The notes: generated from the sequence alone by a model not told the origin. A stretch of 64,000 nt of DNA from Rhynchopus sp. YZ270_cl-10 (GCA_964035575.1 OZ037834.1:496001-560000), one strand, 5' to 3'; shown: positions 48,601-60,536, counted from the stretch's first letter. Numbers and translations: made by a program.

Positions 48601-49725
48601 ATGCGTGCCACAGTTGCGTCGGTGCTGCTGCTCTCAGCGTGTGTGGATGTTGCGAGCGCAAGCCACCTGTGCACGTCGTTGGTGCCGCGCCTGATGTCGA
48701 CGGTGCGCTGCCACAGCGATGCGAAGTGCATGCGGCACATTGGCGTCCAGCTCTGCGGTGGTGTCGCAACGTGCACTGCAGCGGGCTTCTGCGACTGGAG
48801 TGCTGAGCCCGTACCCACCTGTGACGAGATCAAAGCCGACTTCACCAGCTACCTTGCGACCATTCAGACCTGCGACACTGCGAGCGAGTGTGGTACTGTG
48901 CTGACCGGGACAAGCTGTGGGTGCACACGCAACCTGGTGGCACGTGCTGACCTGACCGCACAGCAGGTGGCAGACTTCGAGGCCCTGAAGGCGCAGTACT
49001 CAGCCTGTGGTGGCAGCTTCCTCTCGACCTGCGACTGCCCGGCTGCCTCTGGCTTCAAGTGCTCGGAGAACCGCTGCTCGTTCAACCTTGTGACTGCACC
49101 TGTGCCCGTGCCTGTGCCGGAGCCGACCTGTGACGAGATCACAACTGACTACAACGCATTCCTGGCGAGAATCCAGACCTGCTCGGCAGCAAGCGACTGT
49201 GGCACTGTGTTGTCCGGAACCGGCTGTGGATGCACACGCAACAAGGTGGCACGTGCTGACTTGAGCGCAGCCGACCTGGCGACGTTTAACACCCTGCTCG
49301 GACAGTACCAGACCTGCAACGGGCCCCTGATCACCATCTGCGACTGCCCGGCCTCTGACGGCTTCAGGTGCACGGACGCGGGTATGTGTGCGCACAACCT
49401 TGTGGGCACACAGCCCGCACCTATTGTTTCTGTTTGCAGCACCGCGGAGGCAGAGTACGAAGCCGCCCTCACCACCGTGCAGACCTGCAGAGAGAGTGCC
49501 GAATGCGAGCCGGCACGCCCGCTGGTGGGAACGAGCTGTGGGTGCACCAGGAACCTGCTTGCAAGTGTGCGTGCGACAGACGCCGAGATGGCCGCATTCA
49601 GCGCGAAGAAGGATGTTCTTGTGGAGTGCTTCGGCAGCAGCAGGTTCATCAGCACATGCGACTGCCCCGCACGCGTGCCACAGTGTGTGGCAGGGAGGTG
49701 TGCGTACAGCGCAGCCCTGGCGTGA
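48601..49725 (+). CDS. Secreted Cys-rich repeat protein, copy 2 (374 aa, 3 modules)
   Basis: Near-identical to copy 1 minus one 312-bp module. Confidence 0.9.
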   Translation: MRATVASVLLLSACVDVASASHLCTSLVPRLMSTVRCHSDAKCMRHIGVQLCGGVATCTAAGFCDWSAEPVPTCDEIKADFTSYLATIQTCDTASECGTVLTGTSCGCTRNLVARADLTAQQVADFEALKAQYSACGGSFLSTCDCPAASGFKCSENRCSFNLVTAPVPVPVPEPTCDEITTDYNAFLARIQTCSAASDCGTVLSGTGCGCTRNKVARADLSAADLATFNTLLGQYQTCNGPLITICDCPASDGFRCTDAGMCAHNLVGTQPAPIVSVCSTAEAEYEAALTTVQTCRESAECEPARPLVGTSCGCTRNLLASVRATDAEMAAFSAKKDVLVECFGSSRFISTCDCPARVPQCVAGRCAYSAALA

Positions 49726-51122
49726 GCGTGATGCGTCCGCAGGCTCCGGGGAGTGACTGACTGACACTGTGCTGTGTCTTTGTTGCTTCTCCTCCTTTTC
49801 TTTTAGTAAACGCGTTTTTATCTTCTTCTGCTGTTGACGAAGTGTTTCGTGCCGCAAAAAAAAGAAGCTTTGTTTTCAGCCTGTCTTTTCGTTTTCTTTG
49901 GTTCCCTCCCCCCCTTTTTTTTGTGATGCCCACTGTGCTGGGGAATGTGCAGCTGCGTTTTTTGGATAGCGTTTCACAACAGAAGTGGGGATGGATGTGT
50001 GTAGTGTATGTGGGACAGATGTCCGGGTGTTCAGTTGTACCCCGGCCCTGTCCCCGCTCCATCGTTCTATCCCTTTCTGTTGTTGTTTTCCTGTTGCACA
50101 CAACACACGTTCCCACAAAGCTTGTGCGGACGATGCTGTGTCAACTGGGGGCTGAAACGTGAAATTGGAGAGAAGGCTGTGTTATGTATCATATCATATG
50201 CCTGAGCCTGTCCAAAGTACGCAAAAACTAAAGCAACCCCTCGCTGCCCTTCCCTTTCCTTCCCCCCCTCTTCTTGTCTTTATCAGCACAAAGACATCCT
50301 TGTGTCTTTTATTTTGAAAGATGGCATGTGTCCGCGTCCATCCATCTGATAATGTCGTTATTTTTGGTTATTTTTGTTTTCTTTGTTTTGCGTCTTTTTT
50401 ATCATCTCTTTTTTTGACATTGTTGCGTGTGCCCAAGCAGTCGTCTTCACACCCTTATTGTGTGTCGCGATCGTATATCCCTGGCAGTGGGGCTGGGATG
50501 GTATGGGTTCCACTTCTGTTTTTGTATGCAGTCCTGTGTGTGTCGTTGTTGCTCTCTTCTACCCCTGCACCTTAGGTTTGTGCCGTTTGCACTTTCATGA
50601 CCTTTTTTTTTTGTATTTGCCCATCCCCTCCCGCAGCTCGGTTCCTATTTCCTGTTTGGGTTTTTTTTGTGTGCGGTGTTCTGTTGTCCATCTGATGTTT
50701 CGGGGACGATAGAGGCTCGCAAAACTAAACAATTTTTCTGCGTCTTTGCTTTTGAAGTTTTTGAAGGCAGAGACACATGAACAAAAAGAACGGGAGCGAA
50801 AAGTAGGAACCGTACTGTGTGGGGGGTGGGAAACAAAGGTGATGCGGGGGCAAAAGGTAGAGAGCATCTGTGAAAAAACACAGTGGGACGAATGCTGCGA
50901 AAAAGAAAAGAAAGTCTTTATTTTTAAACAATACACGTTTACCAGTGCACAAGAGAAAATAGCAAAACAAACGGAAAAAAGAAAAAAAATAAAAAGGCGC
51001 TGCCACCCTCTCTATTTAATGCCATCTGTCTGAAGTGAAGGGGTTCGTCTCAACTCACACTCACACTTACACACTACAGATCTGAAAACGTAAAGACACA
51101 TACCCCCACCCAACAGTCTACA

Positions 51123-52559
51123 ATGCGTGCCACAGTTGCGTCGGTGCTGCTGCTCTCAGCGTGTGTGGATGTTGCGAGCGCAAGCCACCTGTGCACGTCG
51201 TTGGTGCCGCGCCTGATGTCGACGGTGCGCTGCCACAGCGATGCGAAGTGCATGCGGCACATTGGGGTCCAGCTCTGTGGTGGTGTCGCAACGTGCACTG
51301 CAGCGGGCTTCTGCGACTGGAGTGCTGAGCCCGCACCCACCTGTGACGAGATCAAAGCCGACTTCACCAGCTACCTTGCGACCATTCAGACCTGCGACAC
51401 TGCGAGCGAGTGTGGCACTGTGCTGACCGGGACAAGCTGTGGGTGCACACGCAACCTGGTGGCACGTGCTGACCTGACCGCACAGCAGGTGGCAGACTTC
51501 GAGGCCCTGAAGGCGCAGTACTCAGTCTGTGGTGGCAGCTTCCTCTCGACCTGCGACTGCCCGGCTGCCTCTGGCTTCAAGTGCTCGGAGAACCGCTGCT
51601 CGTTCAACCTTGTGACTGCACCTGTGCCCGTGCCCGTGCCGGAGCCGACCTGTGATGAGATCACAACTGACTACAACGCATTCCTGGCGAGAATCCAGAC
51701 CTGCTCGGCAGCAAGCGACTGTGGCACTGTGTTGTCCGGGACCGGCTGTGGATGCACGCGCAACAAGGTGGCACGTGCTGACTTGAGCGCAGCCGACCTG
51801 GCGACGTTCAGCTCCCTGCTCGGACAGTACCAGACCTGCAACGGACCTCTGATCACCATCTGCGACTGCCCGGCCTCTGACGGCTTCAGGTGCACGGACG
51901 CGGGTGTGTGTGCACACAACTTTGTGACTGCACCTGTGCCAGTGCCTGTGCCGGAGCCGACCTGTGATGAGATCACAACTGACTACAACGCATTCCTGGC
52001 GAGAATCCAGACCTGCTCGGCAGCAAGCGACTGTGGCACTGTGTTGTCCGGAACCGGCTGTGGATGCACACGCAACAAGGTGGCACGTGCTGACTTGAGC
52101 GCAGCCGACCTGGCGACGTTTGAGACCCTGCTCGGACAGTACCAGACCTGCAACGGACCCCTGATCACCATCTGCGACTGCCCGGCCTCTGACGGCTTCA
52201 GGTGCACGGACGCGGGTATGTGTGCGCACAACCTTGTGGGCACACAGCCCGCACCTATTGTTTCTGTTTGCAGCACCGCGGAGGCAGAGTACGAAGCCGC
52301 CCTCACCACCGTGCAGACCTGCAGAGAGAGTGCCGAATGCGAGCCGGCACGCCCGCTGGTGGGAACGAGCTGTGGGTGCACCAGGAACCTGCTTGCGAGT
52401 GTGCGTGCGACAGACGCCGAGATGGCCGCATTCAGCGCGAAGAAGGATGTTCTTGTGGAGTGCTTCGGCAGCAGCAGGTTCATCAGCACATGTGACTGCC
52501 CCGCACGCGTGCCACAGTGTGTGGCAGGGAGGTGTGCGTACAGCGCAGCCCTGGCGTGA
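51123..52559 (+). CDS. Secreted Cys-rich repeat protein, copy 3 (478 aa, 4 modules)
   Basis: Near-identical to copy 1. Followed by a third copy of the spacer to ~53780. Confidence 0.9.
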   Translation: MRATVASVLLLSACVDVASASHLCTSLVPRLMSTVRCHSDAKCMRHIGVQLCGGVATCTAAGFCDWSAEPAPTCDEIKADFTSYLATIQTCDTASECGTVLTGTSCGCTRNLVARADLTAQQVADFEALKAQYSVCGGSFLSTCDCPAASGFKCSENRCSFNLVTAPVPVPVPEPTCDEITTDYNAFLARIQTCSAASDCGTVLSGTGCGCTRNKVARADLSAADLATFSSLLGQYQTCNGPLITICDCPASDGFRCTDAGVCAHNFVTAPVPVPVPEPTCDEITTDYNAFLARIQTCSAASDCGTVLSGTGCGCTRNKVARADLSAADLATFETLLGQYQTCNGPLITICDCPASDGFRCTDAGMCAHNLVGTQPAPIVSVCSTAEAEYEAALTTVQTCRESAECEPARPLVGTSCGCTRNLLASVRATDAEMAAFSAKKDVLVECFGSSRFISTCDCPARVPQCVAGRCAYSAALA

Positions 52560-54312
52560 GCGTGATGCGTCCGCAGGGTCCGGGGAGTGACTGACTGACA
52601 CTGTGCTGTGTCTTTGTTGCTTCTCCTCCTTTTCTTTTAGTAAACGCGTTTTTATCTTCTTCTGCTGTTGACGAAGTGTTTTCGCGCCGCAAAAAAAAAG
52701 AAGCTTTGTTTTCAGCCTGTCTTTTCGTTTTCTTTGTTTCCCCCCCCCCTTTTTTTTGTGATGCCCACTGTGCTGGGGAATGTGCAGCTGCGTTTTTTGG
52801 ATAGCGTTTCACAACAGAAGTGGGGATGGATGTGTGTAGTGTATGTGGGACAGATGTCCGGGTGTTCAGTTGTACCCCGGCCCTGTCCCCGCTCCATCGT
52901 TCTATCCCTTTCTGTTGCTGTTTTCCTGTTGCACACAACACACGTTCCCACAAAGCTTGTGCGGACGATCCTGTGTCAACTGGGGGCTGAAACGTGAAAT
53001 AGGAGAGAAGGCTGTGTTATGTATCATATCATATGCCTGAGCCTGTCCAAAGTACGCAAAAACTAAAGCAACCCCTCGCTGCCCTTCCCTTTCCTTCCCC
53101 CCCTCTTCTTGTCTTTATCAGCACAAAGACATCCTTGTGTCTTTTATTTTGAAAGATGGCATGTATCTGATAATGTCGTTATTTTTGGTTGTTTTTGTTT
53201 TGTTTGTTTTGCGTCTTTTTTATCATCTCTTTTTTTGACATTGTTGCGTGTGCCCAAGCAGTCTTCTTCACACCCTTATTGTGTGTCGCGATCGTATATC
53301 CCTGGCAGTGGGGCTGGGATGGTATGGGTTCCACTTCTGTTTTTGTATGCAGTCCTGTGTGTGTCGTTGTTGCTCTCTTCTACCCCTGCACCTTAGGTTT
53401 GTGCCGTTTGCACTTTCATGACCTTTTTTATTGTATTTGCCCATCCCCTCCCGCAGCTCGGTTCCTGTTTCCTGTTTGGGTTTTGTTGTGTGCGGTGTTC
53501 TGTTGTCCATCTGATGTTTCGGGGACGATAGAGGCTCGCATAAGTAACCGATTTTCTGCGTCTTTGCTTTTGAAGTTTTTGAAGGCAGAGACACATGAAC
53601 AAAAAGAACGGGAACGAAAAGTAGGAACCGTACTGTGTGGGGGGTGGGAAACAAAGGTGATGCGGGGGCAAAAGGTAGAGAGCATCTGTGAAAAAACACA
53701 GTGGGACGAATGCTGCGAAAAAGAAAAAAACTATATTTTAAACAATGCACAGGAGAAAATAGCAAAACAAACGGAAAAAGAAAAGAAGATTGTATTTATT
53801 TATTTCCCCTTTGCACGAGCTCGACCGAGATGCGTTTTAGCACATTTTCAACTTCTCTTTATTTCACCGCCTGCATCCACTTTGAGGCATCATAGCTGAT
53901 ACCACACACACAATACCACTTGGGACCATATTCTACACAAAGAATTACCCTTATTAGTTATCAAAAACACACACAACACTTTAGTGGGCTATACTCCGTT
54001 CAGGCGTTACCCCACTCTATATTCGTTATCAATCGTACACACACAACCTTGGGACCATATTCCACAAAGAATTACCCTTATTATCAAAACACACACACAC
54101 CACCCCACCCCACAAAAACCTCCAGGGGGAGAGGGAGACCGTCCAACACACCGGACGTAAGGGGGTGGTCAGAAGGTGATCACACAAAAGGGGGTTATTA
54201 TCCCCAATATCGACGGGGAGTTATTTTTTTTTCCTTTTCTCCTTTTCTTTGCGGTACACCAAAGACACCTCTCTCTCTCTCTCTTTTTGTAACATTTTAA
54301 GAATTTGGAGTG

Positions 54313-57300
54313 ATGTCTCGCGATGTGAAACAATGCAAAGCGAGTTTAGTTTCGTTGAGCAAAGCTCATTTGGGGAAGAAGGCACCGGTTTTGGCTGAAA
54401 CTGCGAAGCAATTGGAAGCACTGGTACCCTGCATGAGAGAGGAAGGTGTCGCTGCCGCTTTTGTGAAGGAGAACGGTGTTGCCATTTTGCATGCAACGCT
54501 TTCTGAGGCAAAACGCCACCCATATCCTGGAGCCTGCGCCGCGCAATGTATTAAGGCGATGTCGTATGTCGCGCCTAACGCTATTACGAAGGATTTTGTT
54601 GCAGAGATGCTGCCCGCAAGCAAGCTTGGGAATGAGACGTATGCACCATCAGTCGAGGTGTTGTCCGCTGTGTTGACCAAAGGCGATGTGGAGAAGGTGG
54701 CTGGGGTGCCCGGATTGCTCGATTTTTTGTTGGTGTTGAACGGTCATTCGACAAGGTTTGTTACAAAGTGTTTGCTGTGCTTTGCTGCAGTGGCGAGATA
54801 TGTACCGACAGCGGCTGCAGTTCTGCGACGCGAAGGGATCGCAAAGGACATCATCAAGGACGGCAACTTCCAAGGCAAAGAACAGCTTACTGCGGCAAGC
54901 GCCTTTCTCTGCTCCGTCATGGATACCGACACTGCCGCCCTTCTGCTCTCCTACAAGCAGATCGCTCCGCTGCTAGAGCTCATCCAACACCTCCCTGCGG
55001 TCAACCTTCTCGCATCGTTCTTAGAGCACCTCGACGTCCGCAAGGAGATTGATCAGAACTCTCTCACCTCTTTCGTTGATTATGTGGCCACAGAAACCCG
55101 CAAGCAAAACGTTACCACAGAGGCGGTGTCGCTCATGAGGGCGTTGTTATCAAGCGAAAAACGGCTGCTTCGTGTCCTCCACATTCATGCTGTAGGGTCT
55201 GCTGGAGGGGTTGGGGTGGTGGAGTTGATACAACCGTTTATTACGCATACCGATCAAAAGGTGTTGGAGTTTGGCTGTGCGTTGATGCGGATCATGGCAG
55301 AACTGCGCTTCCACTGCGAAGAATGTGGGTCATTAATCTCAGACACCAGAAGATACTGCTCCATCTCCCGAACCTCCTTCTGCAGGGACTGCAGTTCCGC
55401 GATGTCAGAGGGTTACGTAGTAGAAAATGCGGATTTTAGATGGCCGATGGTTCCGTTGTTGAGTCCTGCATTAGATGTGTTACTATGCGAGGTAGACAGA
55501 GCAGGGGCGAATTTGCAAAAGGAGTGTGGGGTAGGGTCAAAAGTGGAGAATCTCATGGCAATGTTTGACACCATGTTTGACTGTGTAGGGGATACCATGT
55601 TTACTGGGATTTCGGGGGATTTTTTGCAGGTTGCGGCGAATTTGACGCAGAATATTAAGGATAAATCGCTTGCAGTAGTAACCCATTCACTCTCCGTGCT
55701 TCGAAGGGCGGCTTCCTCTGATGAATACTCCGCTGTCGTCGCTGTCTCCGTGGTACACTACTTTGCGAAATCTATTGACGAATTTGATGAGTTTCTGGTT
55801 CTCCAGATTCTCCGTGAATGCATCACCTACGCTTCTCCTGCGGCAATTAAAGCGGCATTGGCGAGCATTATCCCAAAGGCGTACTCCCACTCTGCAAGGG
55901 TAAAGGAGTTGGTCGCGCATGTGGTCCGCGCTGGGCTTGATTCGTTACAAGATGATTTGGTAGGGGATGTGGTGCGTGAAGGGCTAACCGGGGCGTTAAT
56001 GGAGATTGCGCGGTCCGTCGGAGGGCAGGCTGCAAAGGATGACACCATCGCCGCCTTCGCGATTTCGCTGCATCATGAGCACCGATCCGACTTTTTGAGC
56101 AGCCCGCTGCTCTTGGATACGACACTCAGGATTTTTTATAGTTCTGAAAACAAAGAGAAAATCGCTCCGTTCATGGCAACCGTCATGCGGCAGGTCTGCG
56201 GCCTAGGACAACGCATCCGACCAGAACCCAGCACCCCAGGAAGAAAGCTGTCCTCCAACCCAAATACCCCTTTAAGCACGAACTCCGACCCTCGGGGGTC
56301 CTTCCTCTCCACCTGCTCACCATTGATTACCGGGAGGGATACGAGGTCGCCAAGCGACGCATTCATGTCAACCACCACCAGCCCTATGTTCAGCTCGCAA
56401 ACCATCAGAACCGCAGTACCCTTGATAGACGGGGTGCTTCCACAGAAGGGGTCAGCGGAGAAGGCAGCTGTGGTGTTTGGGGATGAAGGGTTTGAAGTAT
56501 TGTTTCATTTTACACAATGCAGTGACTCCGTAAAGGAGGATGTCTTAGCAGCGATAGCTGGGCTTGCACCGTATATTGGGTCGTTACGGAATGACCATGT
56601 ACGTACCCTTCTTAACATTGTAGTGGAGTTGTCGTCTGGACAGCGTCATGAAAAGCAAGGGGCATTGTCATCAACGATATTCCTTGCTGTTGCGCTGGAT
56701 GAGTCGTTGAGGACGCATTTCACAGAGCATGCACTTTCCGTTGTGATTGAGCTCGCTGGATCGAAGGTAAGAGAAACGCAAGAAAAGGCGGTTAGCACAC
56801 TACGTTATCTCAACTCTGGGGTAATTTCGTTGAAGACCGAAACCTCAATGTCACTATTCATGATATACAAAGACCAAAAGGAGCGTTTTACACTAACCGG
56901 TAAGGCGACAGTGGAGAAGGTGAAGCAACATTTTGCGGAGATCTTCCAAAATGGAAATTTAGGGGGATCCGCGAGTTTGTCGATGTCTGCTTCGCAAAAA
57001 TCGGGTCCTTCTAGTCCAAAAACACCAAAAAGTCCGGCGCTAAAGAGGTTATCTACTGCATCGTTATCTGCAGCAAGTATTGCTGTGTTTATTGGAGAGA
57101 AGGAGATTGTGACGGACGCGGAGTTGTGCGTTCAGCTCTCGAGAGGAGCTGGGGTGATCAGTATCAATGAGAAGGCTCCGAAGCTGAGTGTCTCCCCTAG
57201 GAGAAATAGCGCGCAACCTAAACGAAAATGGAAGCTAGGTAGAGAGCTTGGTTCTGGTGCGTTTGGTACAGTACACCATGTGGTCGATGAGGAGACAACA

Positions 57301-58560
57301 CAACAGTACGCTGCAAAGGTCTTCAAACTGAAGCGTGGCGATGCACGGCAGAAGATGCAGGAATCCTTCATGAACGAAATCGACCTTCTCCGAACGCTCG
57401 ACCACGAAAACATTGTACGCTATATTGACACACAAAGGAAAGGGGAGGTGGGGTACATCATCCTCGAGTACGTCCCAGGAGGGTCATTGTTGGATTTTAG
57501 ACGGAAATTTAACACAATCCCTGAAAGGGTGGCATCGCAATTCATTAAGCATGCGTTAAGCGGATTGGCATACCTTCATGAACACAACGTTATTCACCTT
57601 GACGTAAAATCGGCGAACCTTCTTGTCAACACAAACGGTGTTGTTAAGGTTGCCGATTTTGGATGCGGGGTTCGCTTCGAAGTTGATGGTGGACAAACTG
57701 CAGCAGATGGACGCACTACTGGAACACTCCCTTTCATGGCGCCAGAGGTGATAACGGAACGTCGTTTCTCTACGGCATGCGATATTTGGTCGATGGGTTG
57801 TACTGTATTGGAGATGGTGTGTGGAGGGTTGGTTTGGTGTCCTAAATGCAAAGATCCTATCGAATTTGTTCACAAAGTCAAACAGGAGTGGAAGCAACGG
57901 ATGACCCCCTTAGACCATTTGAAAGGAGGCCAGGTGAGTGCAATGTGCCGCTCCTTCTTGGAAAGGTGTTTGGTGATCGAACCACAAAAGAGGGCCTCCG
58001 CTGTGCAGCTCCTAGATGACCCCTTTGTGAACCGCATAGTAACAAACATGGCGGAGAGCGATGCAACCCTCTTCTGCAGCAACGCAATCCTCGGGGATGT
58101 CCACGATGTGCACGACGACCCCACCGTCACAACCATGTTTGAATCCGTCCAAACCGGTACCTTCTGCACCAGCGCACCCCCCACTGCCCGCACCGCTGTC
58201 CACATGGGGAGTCCCAACACAGCGATACACCAAACTGGAGGGCCAACCTTGGTGACCCAAGCTCCTCTTACCTTTGCGACAACGATGACGCAGCCGCCGA
58301 CAATAGCATCGACAGTATCCTCTACACAAAGACCGAAAAGCCCAGGGGGGGCGAAGACGCCGATCAAAAGGGTGGGAAGCGTGAAAGGGATTAAGGCGAG
58401 CACAAAGACTCCGAAGACAGCCACGAAGGTGCCGCCGAAGAAGGCGGCGTCGGGGTCGAGTGGGGGCACGCCAAGGACAAGGAGTCTGAGGTCGGCAAGG
58501 AGTCAGACAGGGAGTTCCACGGATTGGAAGGATGGGACTGATGATACGTATGTGAAATGA
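54313..58560 (+). CDS. STE11/MEKK-like Ser/Thr kinase with N-terminal ARM-like helical repeats and a ZZ-like Cys cluster; 1415 aa, intronless
   Basis: WKLGRELGSGAFG, YAAK, LEYVPGGSL, HLDVKSAN, DFG, GTLPFMAPE, CDIWSMGCTVLEM. CEECGSLI...YCSI...FCRDC. Confidence 0.9.
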   Translation: MSRDVKQCKASLVSLSKAHLGKKAPVLAETAKQLEALVPCMREEGVAAAFVKENGVAILHATLSEAKRHPYPGACAAQCIKAMSYVAPNAITKDFVAEMLPASKLGNETYAPSVEVLSAVLTKGDVEKVAGVPGLLDFLLVLNGHSTRFVTKCLLCFAAVARYVPTAAAVLRREGIAKDIIKDGNFQGKEQLTAASAFLCSVMDTDTAALLLSYKQIAPLLELIQHLPAVNLLASFLEHLDVRKEIDQNSLTSFVDYVATETRKQNVTTEAVSLMRALLSSEKRLLRVLHIHAVGSAGGVGVVELIQPFITHTDQKVLEFGCALMRIMAELRFHCEECGSLISDTRRYCSISRTSFCRDCSSAMSEGYVVENADFRWPMVPLLSPALDVLLCEVDRAGANLQKECGVGSKVENLMAMFDTMFDCVGDTMFTGISGDFLQVAANLTQNIKDKSLAVVTHSLSVLRRAASSDEYSAVVAVSVVHYFAKSIDEFDEFLVLQILRECITYASPAAIKAALASIIPKAYSHSARVKELVAHVVRAGLDSLQDDLVGDVVREGLTGALMEIARSVGGQAAKDDTIAAFAISLHHEHRSDFLSSPLLLDTTLRIFYSSENKEKIAPFMATVMRQVCGLGQRIRPEPSTPGRKLSSNPNTPLSTNSDPRGSFLSTCSPLITGRDTRSPSDAFMSTTTSPMFSSQTIRTAVPLIDGVLPQKGSAEKAAVVFGDEGFEVLFHFTQCSDSVKEDVLAAIAGLAPYIGSLRNDHVRTLLNIVVELSSGQRHEKQGALSSTIFLAVALDESLRTHFTEHALSVVIELAGSKVRETQEKAVSTLRYLNSGVISLKTETSMSLFMIYKDQKERFTLTGKATVEKVKQHFAEIFQNGNLGGSASLSMSASQKSGPSSPKTPKSPALKRLSTASLSAASIAVFIGEKEIVTDAELCVQLSRGAGVISINEKAPKLSVSPRRNSAQPKRKWKLGRELGSGAFGTVHHVVDEETTQQYAAKVFKLKRGDARQKMQESFMNEIDLLRTLDHENIVRYIDTQRKGEVGYIILEYVPGGSLLDFRRKFNTIPERVASQFIKHALSGLAYLHEHNVIHLDVKSANLLVNTNGVVKVADFGCGVRFEVDGGQTAADGRTTGTLPFMAPEVITERRFSTACDIWSMGCTVLEMVCGGLVWCPKCKDPIEFVHKVKQEWKQRMTPLDHLKGGQVSAMCRSFLERCLVIEPQKRASAVQLLDDPFVNRIVTNMAESDATLFCSNAILGDVHDVHDDPTVTTMFESVQTGTFCTSAPPTARTAVHMGSPNTAIHQTGGPTLVTQAPLTFATTMTQPPTIASTVSSTQRPKSPGGAKTPIKRVGSVKGIKASTKTPKTATKVPPKKAASGSSGGTPRTRSLRSARSQTGSSTDWKDGTDDTYVK

Positions 58561-59168
58561 GGGGGTGATTTTTCTTGTTCTCTTTTGTTTTCCAATGAAG
58601 CGGTGAAGCATTGTTTTTTTCCCCCTATTTTTCCTTCGTGTAAAGATGTATGTGTTACGAAAGAGGCGAATTTGTAATATTTTAATGCGCAGACAACCTA
58701 TATTGGTGTGGCTGAAGGGAGGTGCTGTTTTGTGCTACTTTCTGCTATTTTCTGCTATTTTGGGGTCGTCGGCCACACCATATATGCTCTGTTTTAAGGA
58801 TCCTGTGACATGCTATACCTGTGATAGTAGTCTAAAATCAATCAAGTTTTGTTTTTTCGTTTCCATCCTGTAGTTTAAAAAAAAAACATCCTAAAGTTTC
58901 CCCCCCACCGACTTCACAAAAAACAATCACCACAGTTGGAACCAAGGGTCGTGAAGTATCTATTGCTAGAGGCGTGGTTGTGAGAGAGTAGTGAGAAGAT
59001 TTTAAAAAAAATAACAGTAGTGCACTTGCTAGTACAGATCCTGCACTAGCAGGTGATTGTCGACACAACAATAAATAGTGGAGTTCATCCTCGGGTGCCT
59101 ACACTAACCAAGCTTTCAAAATAAATGAAAAGAAAAACCATCTCTCTCCACGTTGTGTCGTGAGGAGC

Positions 59169-59888
59169 CAGGCCTCAGCCTAACTCCCGGGCCTCAGCCA
59201 AAACCATCGACCCATTTGAAAAAAAAAAAAAAAAAGAGAGAAAAAAGTGATTTTTACTAGTGCTTCCCGAGCTTTCTCCGCTGACAAGCTAGTCACAAGA
59301 AGAAGAAGATCAAAACTCGGTCGAGCCCGGGCGCGCTTCGCGCGCCCGGGTCCCCACCCCAGCTCAAGTTGGGGGCCTCCGGCGGAATGTGAGAGTTCCT
59401 CGGTGATCCAACGGCGAAGTTCGGCACTTCATTGATATTTGCACCAGGCACACATGGTGCACGAATTATCAGTAACCTCAGTTTTTTTTACAAAAGAAAT
59501 GGCGACATGTCTCCCAAAGGTTCCAGGCGAAGCCACGGTACGCAACATTTCAAAAAAATGCGCTTAAAATTGCACATTTTTACTGTCAAATTATGTCATG
59601 GGAAGGGTATGATGCAAGCTTGCGCCGCAGGCGCACGGTACGCTACTTTTTTCCTTTCGCCATGATGCATGCTTCCTTTTCCTTCGACGTTTGACCAATT
59701 GAGTCCGGCTCGATGGAATCTCAAAAAATACCCCATCACCCCCTACGGGTTGATGGTAAAAAACCCTGGGTCAACCCGGTACCCATCGACCCGGGTATCC
59801 GGGTTGATGGGTTGATGGGTCGATGGGGAAAAAAAAAAAAAAAGGCCAAAAACATGGGTTGATGGGTCGATGGTTAGGCTGGGGCCTG
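59169..59888. mobile_element. hAT-like non-autonomous element (720 bp) carrying repeat J (59313-59700)
   Basis: TIR CAGGCCTCAGCCTAAC / GTTAGGCTGGGGCCTG. Exact 8-bp TSD TGAGGAGC. Confidence 0.9.
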
Positions 59889-60177
59889 TGAGGAGCAGGG
59901 AAAAAAAAAAAAAAACGAAACTTTATTGACTGGGTGGGGTGAAGGAAACACGACGGGACCCAGTGACAAGTGACAAGTGAAAATGACAAGTGAATGACAA
60001 GTGAAATGGGTGACAAGTAAATGACAAGTGAATGACAAGTGAGCCACTTGTCCACTTGTCATGACAAGTGATTTTCTATGGGGATATAGGCTATTCACTT
60101 GTCATAAATATGACAAGTGATTCACTTGTCACTTGTCATTGGGTCCCGTCGTGAAGACACTACCGCTCCCCCCCCCT

Positions 60178-60536
60178 TAGGGGGTCCGACTCTTAAGGAA
60201 TAGGTGTAAAACCGTTTGTAGTGGACTCAAAACACATTTTTGGGTCGAAATTGTGGCAAGAGACGCCTTTTTCCGTCTATTTTTGAGGCTTTTTTTGATT
60301 TTTTTTTGGAAATTTAGCCAAAACTGGCCATTGTGCCCAAAAGGCCAAAAACCCGATTTTTCACCATATTTTTCAATTTTTTTTGTATTTTGGGGTACCT
60401 AGAGGGTGAATTTAGCCCCACAGGGCCCAGAAACCCTATTTTGGGGGCAGGATTCACCCGGGGGTGCCCGGGAAATGGCCCAATGCTGAAAAAAATGAAA
60501 AACGGACAAAATTTTACTAGGGAGTCGGACCCCCTA
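60178..60536. mobile_element. TIR element (359 bp) with apparent 11-bp TSD
   Basis: TIR TAGGGGGTCCGACTC / GAGTCGGACCCCCTA. TCCCCCCCCCT on both sides. Confidence 0.8.
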
